From Syntrophales bacterium (GTDB lineage Bacteria; Desulfobacterota; Syntrophia; Syntrophales; UBA6807): 64,000 nucleotides of DNA. The notes beneath the pieces were generated by a model. The model ran no database searches and was not told the DNA's origin. It saw only the letters and a list, made by a program, of their open reading frames with translations. The stretch covers positions 192,001-256,000 of the forward strand of contig JAXGPA010000002.1 of assembly GCA_040767195.1 (NCBI GenBank). The letters run 5' to 3'. Both the position numbers and the translations under genes were made by a program. Numbering within the stretch: position 1 is the stretch's first letter; each line of letters opens with the position of its first letter. Below, piece after piece: positions 1 through 8,099 of this stretch.

Positions 1-546
1 GAGACCTTTCGCGGTGTCGAGAATCTCGGCCACCCTGGCGCGGCTGAAGCAGTTCCCCGTGGGGTTGTTGGGATAGCTGAGGAAAGCGATGTCGGGGGTT
101 TCCCCGGCGACCCACCGGGAACTGGCGTCGACGGGAAGATCGAAGGACCCGTCCAGGGGCATTTCGATGACCCGGTGCCCCAGGTTCACCGCCATGATCT
201 TGTACATGGCGAAGGTGGGGACAGGGATCAGGACCCCGCCGCCGGGCCGCACCCGGATGGCCGTGAGAAGGATCTGGATGAGCTCGTCCGACCCGTTTCC
301 CACCATGATCCAGTCGGCGGGAACGCCCAGTTGGCGGGAGAGCCCGGCCTTGAGCTCCCGGGCCTCCGGATCGGGGTACCGGTTCAGGGAAACCGCCCTG
401 AGGGCGCCGTGGAGCCGGTCCCGGACCGCCGGCGGCAGGTCGTGGGGGTTTTCGTTGGCGTCGAGCTTTATGGGACAGTCGGAAAGATCGATGGCATAGG
501 CCGTCTGGTTCAGGATTTCCGTCTTGATCAGCTCTCGAAGGTCCAT
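1..546 (-). CDS. hisC: Histidinol-phosphate aminotransferase (runs off the left edge, 3' end missing)
   Basis: Translated by hand from the ATG at 546: MDLRELIKTEILNQTAYAIDLSDCPIKLDANENP...NRYPDP...VGNGSDELI...PTFAMY...PNNPTG, all HisC motifs. Not in the ORF track because the stop lies outside the window. Confidence 0.9.
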   Translation of the reverse strand, partial: MDLRELIKTEILNQTAYAIDLSDCPIKLDANENPHDLPPAVRDRLHGALRAVSLNRYPDPEARELKAGLSRQLGVPADWIMVGNGSDELIQILLTAIRVRPGGGVLIPVPTFAMYKIMAVNLGHRVIEMPLDGSFDLPVDASSRWVAGETPDIAFLSYPNNPTGNCFSRARVAEILDTAKGL

Positions 547-1361
547 CGGCCCCCCTTTCCTTCCAGGTTCCACGTTTCGGTGCCGTATTTCTCCTCCCCG
601 AGTTCCCGGGCCAGGGCCGCCTCTTCCCCGGTGAGCGGCCCCGCCACGAGGGGCACGCCGAGGATTTCCTCGAATCCCGCCCGGAGGGAGGACGCCACCG
701 ATTCCACGTCGACGTCCCCGAGACCCTCCCCGCGAAGGGAGGTGACCGGGTCTTCCGGGGCGTCCGCCGAACGCCCGGCGGCCCGCTTCAGCAGGCGGTC
801 GGGAAGGTCCCTCTTGAAATCCAGGAGAAGGGAGCCCTGCTGGAGGAAGGCCCCCCGGGACCGGCTCTGGGCGCTCCCGCAGATCTTCCGGCCCCGGACC
901 AGGAGCTCGTACCGCGCCGGGCGGGTGAAGCAGAAGGCGTCGCGGTTCACGTCCCCGGCAGCGCCGTCCTCACCGGGCATGGACAGGGCGAGCCCGAGCC
1001 CTTCCAGGCCCCGGGCGAGACAGCGCCCGATGAACCGGTAGGTGTCCGTGAGGCCCCGTGAAAACGGGGGCGCATCGGTTCTTCCCGTGACGGAATAACA
1101 GAGGTCGCCGTCGTGGATGACGGCCTTCCCGCCCGTGGGTCGCCGGACAACGGCGACGCCCTCGGCGCGGCAGGCGTCGAGGTTCACTTCCCGGCGGACG
1201 TCCTGAAAGTACCCCACGGACACGGTCCGCCCGGTCCACCCGAAAAAGCGGAGCGTGGGCGCCGTTTCCCGCCCCTCCTGGAGACGGTACAGGGCCTCGT
1301 CCACCGCCATCGCCTCGGCGGGGTCGCAGGCGCGAAAGGGAAGGAGCCGCCAAGGTTTCAC
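528..1361 (-). CDS. Lipoate-protein ligase A / LipM-type octanoyltransferase family protein
   Basis: Motifs AMAVDEAL, PTLRFFGW, VVRRPTGGKAVIHD, RKICGSAQ and LQQGSLL; adjacent to gcvH. Confidence 0.9.
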   Translation of the reverse strand: MKPWRLLPFRACDPAEAMAVDEALYRLQEGRETAPTLRFFGWTGRTVSVGYFQDVRREVNLDACRAEGVAVVRRPTGGKAVIHDGDLCYSVTGRTDAPPFSRGLTDTYRFIGRCLARGLEGLGLALSMPGEDGAAGDVNRDAFCFTRPARYELLVRGRKICGSAQSRSRGAFLQQGSLLLDFKRDLPDRLLKRAAGRSADAPEDPVTSLRGEGLGDVDVESVASSLRAGFEEILGVPLVAGPLTGEEAALARELGEEKYGTETWNLEGKGGRWTFES

Positions 1362-1367
1362 GGCCCG

Positions 1368-1766
1368 TCAGTCGGCCTCCTCGTCCGCTTCCACGAAGTC
1401 CTCGTACCCCTCGGCATCGAGAAGATTGTCCAGCTCGCTGGGGTCGTCCATTTCAACGATGATCATCCAGCCCGTGTCGTAGGGGTCGCTGTTGATGATG
1501 CCCACATCGTCGGCCAGGTCGTCGTTCACCATGACCACCTCCCCGCTCACCGGCGAGATGAGTTCCGTCGTCGTTTTCGTGGATTCGATGACCCCGAAGG
1601 ATTCATCCTGCTCCACGTAGGTGTCCACGGCGGGAAGCTCCACGGAAAGGATCTCCCCGAGCTTTTCCTGGGCGTGATCGGTAATCCCGATGGTCGCCTG
1701 GTTCCCGTCCACGCGCACCCAGGTGTGTTCCCGCGTGTAAAGCAGATCTTCAGGAAAAACCGCCAT
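1368..1766 (-). CDS. gcvH: Glycine cleavage system H protein (lipoyl carrier)
   Basis: YTREHTWVRV, IGITDHAQEKLGEI, lipoyl-lysine motif VIESTKTT, INSDPYDTGW. Start moved to the ATG at 1766 (MAVFPEDLLY). Confidence 0.93.
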   Translation of the reverse strand: MAVFPEDLLYTREHTWVRVDGNQATIGITDHAQEKLGEILSVELPAVDTYVEQDESFGVIESTKTTTELISPVSGEVVMVNDDLADDVGIINSDPYDTGWMIIVEMDDPSELDNLLDAEGYEDFVEADEEAD

Positions 1767-1853
1767 TGGTCGAGCCGCTACCTCCACTTTATTTCATTTT
1801 GCCCCGTCGCCGCGGCGGGGGCCGCCCGGAACCGCTCCCGGCCCGGGTGTGTG

Positions 1854-2957
1854 TCACGAGAGAATCTTGAGTCCCTTTGGCACGGACGAGAGAATTTCGC
1901 AACCCCCTTTTTTGACCACCACGAGGTCCTCGATGCGCACCCCGAATTTTCCCGGGATGTACACGCCGGGCTCGACGGTGACGACCATGCCCTCCTCGAG
2001 AACGCCGTCGTCCCGGGTGGAAATCCGGGGGGGCTCGTGTACCTCGAGCCCCACGCCGTGGCCGGTGCCGTGGGTGAAGAAGGCGCCGAAACCGGCCCGG
2101 TCGATCCATTCCCGGGCCGCTTCGTCCACCGCCCGGCAGGGCATCCCTTCACGAACCAGCTCCAGGGCCCGGTCATGGGCCTCTTTCACCACGGCGTAAA
2201 TCTTCGCCTGCTCCGGCGACGGGGCTCCCAGGGCCACGGTGCAGGTTTCGTCGGAGGCGTAGCCTTCCACGACGGCCCCGAAATCGATGACGACGAAACC
2301 ACCCGCCGCCATGGGGACCGGGCCCGGCCGCCCGTGGGGGAGGGCCGTCTTGGGGCCGGAAACGACGATGGTCTCGAAAGAGGGGCCTTCGCTTCCCCGG
2401 GATTCCATTTCCCGCTCCAGGCGCCGGGCCACGTCGATCTCCCGCACCCCCGGCCCGAGGGTCTCCAGAACGGCCAGGAGCGCCCCGGAGGCGATTTCCG
2501 CCGCCCGACGGATTGTTTCGATCTCTTGTGCCTCCTTGATCTTCCGCAGCCCCCCCAGTTCCCGGCCCAGGGGGTTCAGGCGAACCCGCCCGCCCAGGGC
2601 GTCGAGAAGGCCGAAATAGGCGTCGCAGGCCAGGGCGGCGGACTCGAAGACCAGGTCCGCCAGGTCCCGGTCCCTGATGAAGCCGACGAGGCCTTCCTGG
2701 CGGTCCCGGCAGGTGATGACGTCGATTCCCGACGTTTCTTCCGCCGCCTGGGTGGTGTACCGGCCGTCCACCAGGAGGGCCGCCCCCTCGGCCCCGACAA
2801 AGAGGGTCCCCTCGCTCCCGGTGAATCCCGTCAGGTAGCGGATCGACGGCCTGCCGAAAAAAAGGGCGCCGGCGGCCGACCAGCCCGGGAGGCTCTTCCG
2901 GACCCGCTCGACCCGGCCCGGGAAGGGGCCCTTCGCTTTTTCATTTCTTTCAGGCAT
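1854..2957 (-). CDS. Xaa-Pro aminopeptidase/dipeptidase (M24B family)
   Basis: YLTGFTGS, DGRY, LRKIK, DFGAVVEGYASDETCT, HGTGHGVGLEVHE, TVEPGVY, GVRIED. Start set at the ATG at 2957 because the upstream extension lies inside an inserted repeat element. Confidence 0.93.
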   Translation of the reverse strand: MPERNEKAKGPFPGRVERVRKSLPGWSAAGALFFGRPSIRYLTGFTGSEGTLFVGAEGAALLVDGRYTTQAAEETSGIDVITCRDRQEGLVGFIRDRDLADLVFESAALACDAYFGLLDALGGRVRLNPLGRELGGLRKIKEAQEIETIRRAAEIASGALLAVLETLGPGVREIDVARRLEREMESRGSEGPSFETIVVSGPKTALPHGRPGPVPMAAGGFVVIDFGAVVEGYASDETCTVALGAPSPEQAKIYAVVKEAHDRALELVREGMPCRAVDEAAREWIDRAGFGAFFTHGTGHGVGLEVHEPPRISTRDDGVLEEGMVVTVEPGVYIPGKFGVRIEDLVVVKKGGCEILSSVPKGLKILS

Positions 2958-3120
2958 AATGAACTCGTAAAAACTCGAAAAATCTTCAGTTACCGACGGC
3001 TTTGTAAAAAGATCCAGAGGCAAGGCGCCCAAATCCCGAGGAATGAGACGTACTTATTGGTACGTCGCAATGACGAGGGATGAAGGGCAACGCAGCATAT
3101 GGACTTTTTACAAAGTCGTC
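2958..3120. mobile_element. MITE-like non-autonomous element, 163 bp, with terminal inverted repeats and a flanking direct repeat
   Basis: GACGGCTTTGTAAAAAG (2995-3011) pairs with CTTTTTACAAAGTCGTC (3104-3120) with one mismatch. A degenerate outer IR copy AATGAACTCGTAAAAACTC lies at 2958-2976, an internal hairpin GACGTAC/GTACGTC at 3047-3066, and AGGCAT is duplicated at 2952-2957 and 3121-3126. AT-richer than its flanks. Confidence 0.75.
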
Positions 3121-3802
3121 AGGCATCGAATGCCCCCTTCGGGGCTACGGCGCCCCGGCCCTTCTCGAGCCGGCCGAGCCACTGGTATAGCTCCCCGAGA
3201 ACCCGCTCCCGTCTCTTCCGCCGTTCCCGGATCGTGTCCTCGAGGTTCCGGAGGCTCTCCCGGAGGGGTCCGTTTTCGGGGTCCCCGGACAGGAGCTTCT
3301 CCAGGGTCGACCGGGCCAGTTCGTAGTGGCCCTGGCGGACGTAAAGATCCGCCATGGTCGGGGTGAGGAGTTCTTCCGGCACCTCCGCCCAGTCGTCGTC
3401 CCCTTCCGCCTCCTTCTCCCGCCGCGACGGGGGCGCCGGCGGGTGCGTCCCGCCGTTCCAGCGGACCCGTCCCGAATTGAGGAGGGAACTTTTCCGGTAG
3501 CACTCCATGGCCTCCCGGATCATGCCCTGGCGGGCGAACTCGTCTCCGCCGCAGCGGTAGAGGGTCCCCCAGCCTTCCTCGACCCGTTCCATGGCCTCGA
3601 GGAACCGGAGGGCCTCCTCCTTCCGCCCCTCCCGGGCGAGGCACAGGGCCAGGGCCAGGCAGGCGGCGCTGTCGCCGGGACAGGCTTCCTGCCTCTTGAG
3701 CGCTTTCTCCCGGACAGCCTCCCAGTCGCCCCGGAGAACCAGGAGTTCCACGGCACTCACGAACCGCTCGAGATCGGCCACGGCGAAGCGTGTCTTTTCC
3801 AT
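3119..3802 (-). CDS. Tetratricopeptide-repeat protein
   Basis: Helical TPR-like repeats (LALALCLAREGRKEEALRFLE; TMADLYVRQGHYELARSTLEKLLSGDPEN). Confidence 0.75.
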   Translation of the reverse strand: MEKTRFAVADLERFVSAVELLVLRGDWEAVREKALKRQEACPGDSAACLALALCLAREGRKEEALRFLEAMERVEEGWGTLYRCGGDEFARQGMIREAMECYRKSSLLNSGRVRWNGGTHPPAPPSRREKEAEGDDDWAEVPEELLTPTMADLYVRQGHYELARSTLEKLLSGDPENGPLRESLRNLEDTIRERRKRRERVLGELYQWLGRLEKGRGAVAPKGAFDA

Positions 3803-4048
3803 GTTAATCCTTTAAATCCTTGGATTTGCAGCCAATGAGACTGCGCCTTAACACAGGGGTCATGGGGTGTCAAGGACGAAATCCGGCGTGACGGCACCAC
3901 GACCCGCTTTCCCGAAAAGCGATTTGCCGTTGACTTCCCCCCCGGGGAAAGGTAAAAATGCCCTGGTCCGGCGGCGGAAAATCGAAGGCCTGTCTTTTCT
4001 TATACAGAAGGACCCGGGAAGAATTCAAGGAATAATCGGAAGGGCGCC

Positions 4049-4669
4049 ATGAAACTCCAGGCCGTGAAGTACCTCTTCGTCACGTTCCTCCTCCTTTCCA
4101 ATATCATGGCCTCGAAGATCGTCTCGATCTTCGGGCTTCTCCTGCCGGCGGCGGTCATCGCCTACCCGGTGACGTTCCTCTTCACCGACGTGGTGGCCGA
4201 GGTGGAGGGAAAGAAGAGCGCCCGGAGCCTCGTCATGACGGGGTTCTACCTGTCGCTGGTCATGGTGGCCCTCCTGTGGGCGGCCCGCCTGCTCCCGCCG
4301 GCCCCCTTCTGGACCCACCAGGAGGCCTGGGACCGGATCCTGGGGGCCACGCCCCGGATCGTCCTGGCGTCCATGCTCGCCTATGTCGTCTCCCAGAACC
4401 ACGACGTGTGGGCCTTCCACTGGTGGAAAGAAAAAACGGCAGGCCGTCACCTGTGGCTCCGGAACAACCTCTCCACCATGGTCTCCCAACTCATCGACTC
4501 GGCCCTTTTCATCACCGTCGCCTTCTGGGGCCTCTACCCCCCGGCGGCCATCGGGAAGATGGTCCTCGGCCAGTACGCCGTCAAGGTGGCCATCGCCCTC
4601 CTTGACACCCCTTTCTGCTACATGCTAGTGAGGTTCTATGAAAGAGATTCTCGAAACGATCCCCAATAA
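4049..4669 (+). CDS. yhhQ: Queuosine precursor transporter (VUT/YhhQ family)
   Basis: Hydrophobic protein with SNIMASK, YPVTFLFTDVVAEV, TPRIVLASMLAYVVSQNHDV, LWLRNNLSTMVSQLIDS and LDTPF; overlaps queF. Confidence 0.92.
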   Translation: MKLQAVKYLFVTFLLLSNIMASKIVSIFGLLLPAAVIAYPVTFLFTDVVAEVEGKKSARSLVMTGFYLSLVMVALLWAARLLPPAPFWTHQEAWDRILGATPRIVLASMLAYVVSQNHDVWAFHWWKEKTAGRHLWLRNNLSTMVSQLIDSALFITVAFWGLYPPAAIGKMVLGQYAVKVAIALLDTPFCYMLVRFYERDSRNDPQ

Positions 4670-4985
4670 CTACCGGGAGCGGGACTACGAGGTGGACATC
4701 CGGTTCCCCGAGTTCACCTGCCTGTGCCCGAAGACGGGCCAGCCCGACTTCGCCCAGGTCGTCATCCGGTATGTCCCCGGGGACCTTCTGGTGGAGCTCA
4801 AATCCCTCAAATTCTATCTCAACGCCTACCGGACCCGGGGGATCTTCCACGAGGAGGCGGTGAACCGGATCCTCTCCGACTTCGTCGACACGGTGAAGCC
4901 GAAAAAGGCGGAGGTGACGGGGGCCTTCAACGTCCGGGGCGGCATCCACACCACCGTCCGGGCGGCCTACCCGGCGGGGGGATAA
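4638..4985 (+). CDS. queF: NADPH-dependent preQ0 reductase QueF (short, type I)
   Basis: PEFTCLCPKTGQPDFA (catalytic Cys), VELKSLKFYL (QueF motif), FHEE, FNVRGGI. Confidence 0.95.
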   Translation: MKEILETIPNNYRERDYEVDIRFPEFTCLCPKTGQPDFAQVVIRYVPGDLLVELKSLKFYLNAYRTRGIFHEEAVNRILSDFVDTVKPKKAEVTGAFNVRGGIHTTVRAAYPAGG

Positions 4986-5105
4986 GAACCTTCTATCCGA
5001 TCGCTTTTGTCGGAATCACCTTTCCTGTCCCCGGGAAAAAGCCCGAAAAAAGTGAAAAGGCGGGAAAAACGCCCTCCTGAGAGAACAGCTAAAATGTAAA
5101 AAAGG

Positions 5106-5131
5106 AAAGGCACCCCGAAAGGGTGCCTTTT
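5106..5131. terminator. Probable bidirectional intrinsic terminator
   Basis: AAAGGCACCC-CGAAA-GGGTGCCTTT hairpin with A-rich and T-rich flanks, between convergent genes. Confidence 0.8.
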
Positions 5132-5191
5132 GGTTTTTCGCGATCGAATGGGGAAAGGGGGACCCGGTGACGGCTCCCCCTTTTGTTTCCT

Positions 5192-8032
5192 TTACTCCTC
5201 CTCGTCGCTCACGGTGATCTTCCCGTCGTCAGCGAGGGTGAAGGTCTTGATCACGGTGTCCGTGTAGCCCCGGTCGTCCCGGACGTCAAGGCGGACGGTG
5301 TAGGTGCCTGGGTCATACGTCAATTGCTCTTCTTCACCCGTTTCAATTTCAGGATCATCTCCCACACCGTAGAAGGTCCACTCCCGGCTCAAGATAACAT
5401 GGCCCGCCGCCGTGGTCGACGTATCCCGGAAGAGTAATAGTAGATCGGTTGGACCACCACTGAGATAGTAAATCTCGAAGCTCGCCTCGGGGCGTTCCAC
5501 CTGGACGAGCTTCAAGGTGATCGTGTCGGTCGTGCAGGGCGAGCCGATGAGGTCCGCCCGGATGATAGCGCTGGCCTCGATGACCTCCTCGGGGAGATAC
5601 CCCCCCGTGTACGTCGTCGTGGCCACGCCCCCCACCGTGGGGACGACGGGATCCTGGATCCCGCCGATGTCGGTGAGGAGGGTGAACGCGACGAGCTCGC
5701 CGTCCTCGACGGGCTCGTCCTTGGCCGTGTACACGTGGGCCCACAGGGTCGCCTCGCTGCAGATGTCGGCAGGAAGTTCATACCGGGAAGCGGTCAGGAT
5801 AAGGTACTTCGTCTTGTACGGCGAATGGGGCAGGAAGCAGGCCTCTTCCTTCAGGTAGGGCAGCCAGAACGTGTAGGTCGTCCGGTTTTCCGACCCGAAG
5901 ACGAGGGTGCTCGCCGTCAGGGCGTCCTCGATCCACACCGCCGAGGCCTTGGGATAGATGAGGTCGAACGCGGCGACGCCGTTCGCGTCGGTCGTCACCG
6001 TCGCCGGGACGGACCCCGCCGCGGAGAGCGGCGGCGTGAGCCGCCCGTCGGCGTTCGTGTCCTCCCCGTCGTCGAGCCACAGCGTCCGGTTCACGTCCTC
6101 GTTGGGCTGGATGCACTCCACAAAGGGCCGGCACTTGTTCTCCTCGTACTCCTCCCAATATCCCGTGGCGTAGCGGACGGGCCAGAGATTCAGGGTCACG
6201 AGGCCGTTCGGGTAGGGGTTGCCGTTCGTGTCGATGAGCTGGACGGCCATGGGCAGCCGGTACATGGTGCCGTCCTGGATGGACTCGATGGTCGTCCCCC
6301 GGGTGATGACGATGGCCCCGGCGGTCCCGCCGATGATGATGGTTTCACTGTCGTTAACGGCAGGGTTCCCCGCCACGGCGGCCACCACGGTGACCCCCCG
6401 GCTCCCGGAGCTGCGGGACCCGGAGGTGAAGGTGGCCACGGCGACGCCGGCGTCGGGATTGGGCGACCCGTCGGACGGTTTCGTCAGGGCGCCCGTGTAG
6501 GCGATGACGGGGGCGATGAACTCGCCGCCCCCGGTGGCGTTCTCGATGCTGAAGAGGATGGGGACGTTCGGGACGATCTGGCCCATGGCGCTCTCCACGG
6601 TGACGCGAAGCGTTACCGTGTTGGCCAGGTCGCCGGAACTGGGGGCGACGACGGTGGAACTCGCCTGGAGGGACATCCGGGCCGCGTCGGCGGGGGACGG
6701 GTAGACGATGACCCGCAGGGAGTCGCTCACCGAGGGATCGTCGGCGTCGAAAACCTGGATCGTCGCCGTTCCGGCCTCGACGGACCGGAAATAGGACCAG
6801 GCCCTGCCGCCGGAGACGTCGACGGTGATGCTGCTGCCCGAATCGCCCCCGCCGGTCCGCCAGAGCCTCCCCATGGTGGCGGCGAACTGGACCCGGCTCT
6901 GGGTCGGCGCGTTGACCTCGATGTAAAGATCCTGCGGCGTCGGTGACACGGTGAGGTAATCATTGCTCCTGGGCAGATAGTGGGGATCGTCGGTGGGCTC
7001 GAGAATGCCGAATTCCAGGGCGGCGTTTATCACGTGGAAGGTGACCGACGCCCCGGCCCCGAGGGACTCGGCGGTGAGCGTCACCGTTCCCGAGGCGACG
7101 GGGGAGACCTCGATTTCCAGCCTGCCCTCAGGGTCCGTGTTTCCCGAGGTCCCGGAGAGGGACACCTTGCCCGCCGGCTCGGCCGTCAGCATGACGGCGG
7201 CATTGTAGACCCCCCGGCCGCCGGAATCGGTCACGGTCACCCGGAGAGTGACGGCTTCCCCGCCCACCCGGATGTCCGGGAAGGGATCGGGAAGGAGTTC
7301 CACCGTCGTCCCCTCGATGCGGACGGGAACCGACTGGGACGGCAGGGACGCCACCCGGGCCGACACGGTGACGAATCCGTTCTGTTTTTCATCCCCCGCC
7401 CGCAGGGTGACGGACGCCTCGCCCTGGTCGTTCGTCTCGGCGGAAGAGGCGGAAAGGAGGCCCCCGGTAGTACTGAAGCTGACGGTGATGCCGGGGACCG
7501 CGCCGTTGGCGGCGTCCCGGACGGTGGCCGTGATGGTGGCCGAATCGGAGTTATCCGATTTCACCGAGGTATGGGATGACCGGATGGACAGGGAGGCGGG
7601 CATTGCCGACCCGATGAAGGTGACGGATATCTGCTGCGACACGCCGCCCGATTTCGCGGTGACTTCGGCCGTCCCGGGTTCGGAACCGGCGATGAGGGAC
7701 ACGCTGACAACGCCCGTGTCGTCGACGGTCTTACCCTGTATCTGCTGACCGCCGCTTAAGGCGAAGGACCCGAGTGTGGTGGTGAAGGTGACGTAGGTGC
7801 CGACGGGAACAGGGGTTCCCGCGGAGGCCGTCATGGTCGCCTTGATGGCGCAGGACCGGCCAGGGATGGCCTCGATGCTCTGCGGCGTGGCCTCCAGTGT
7901 TATGGCCGTGGTCACGGACGCCGTGCCGCCGTCGTCATCGCCCCCCCCGGACCCGCAGGACACGGTCATGATGGCGGTTAAAAGAAGAATGGCAAGAAAA
8001 AGAACGGATTTTGAGAATCCTGATCTGGACAT
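5192..8032 (-). CDS. Large lipoprotein with invasin/intimin-type Ig-like (Big_1-like) repeats and a C-terminal PKD-like domain
   Basis: Signal peptide with lipobox-like TVSC followed by GSGGGDDD; repeats such as ATITATVRDAANGAVPGITVSFSTTGG...TNDQGEASVTL; C-terminal YDPGTYTVRLDVRDDRG; GGAGG RBS. Confidence 0.8.
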   Translation of the reverse strand: MSRSGFSKSVLFLAILLLTAIMTVSCGSGGGDDDGGTASVTTAITLEATPQSIEAIPGRSCAIKATMTASAGTPVPVGTYVTFTTTLGSFALSGGQQIQGKTVDDTGVVSVSLIAGSEPGTAEVTAKSGGVSQQISVTFIGSAMPASLSIRSSHTSVKSDNSDSATITATVRDAANGAVPGITVSFSTTGGLLSASSAETNDQGEASVTLRAGDEKQNGFVTVSARVASLPSQSVPVRIEGTTVELLPDPFPDIRVGGEAVTLRVTVTDSGGRGVYNAAVMLTAEPAGKVSLSGTSGNTDPEGRLEIEVSPVASGTVTLTAESLGAGASVTFHVINAALEFGILEPTDDPHYLPRSNDYLTVSPTPQDLYIEVNAPTQSRVQFAATMGRLWRTGGGDSGSSITVDVSGGRAWSYFRSVEAGTATIQVFDADDPSVSDSLRVIVYPSPADAARMSLQASSTVVAPSSGDLANTVTLRVTVESAMGQIVPNVPILFSIENATGGGEFIAPVIAYTGALTKPSDGSPNPDAGVAVATFTSGSRSSGSRGVTVVAAVAGNPAVNDSETIIIGGTAGAIVITRGTTIESIQDGTMYRLPMAVQLIDTNGNPYPNGLVTLNLWPVRYATGYWEEYEENKCRPFVECIQPNEDVNRTLWLDDGEDTNADGRLTPPLSAAGSVPATVTTDANGVAAFDLIYPKASAVWIEDALTASTLVFGSENRTTYTFWLPYLKEEACFLPHSPYKTKYLILTASRYELPADICSEATLWAHVYTAKDEPVEDGELVAFTLLTDIGGIQDPVVPTVGGVATTTYTGGYLPEEVIEASAIIRADLIGSPCTTDTITLKLVQVERPEASFEIYYLSGGPTDLLLLFRDTSTTAAGHVILSREWTFYGVGDDPEIETGEEEQLTYDPGTYTVRLDVRDDRGYTDTVIKTFTLADDGKITVSDEEE

Positions 8033-8099
8033 TCTAAAACCTCCCCCCTGGGTTTCTAGTGGTTAGATAAAATATTTTTCCATAATAATCAACAATAAT

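Noticed and set aside
5192..5520. Diversity-generating retroelement variable region in the lipoprotein C-terminus
   Set aside because: No reverse transcriptase or template repeat in the window, and the codon pattern is not that of adenine-directed mutagenesis.
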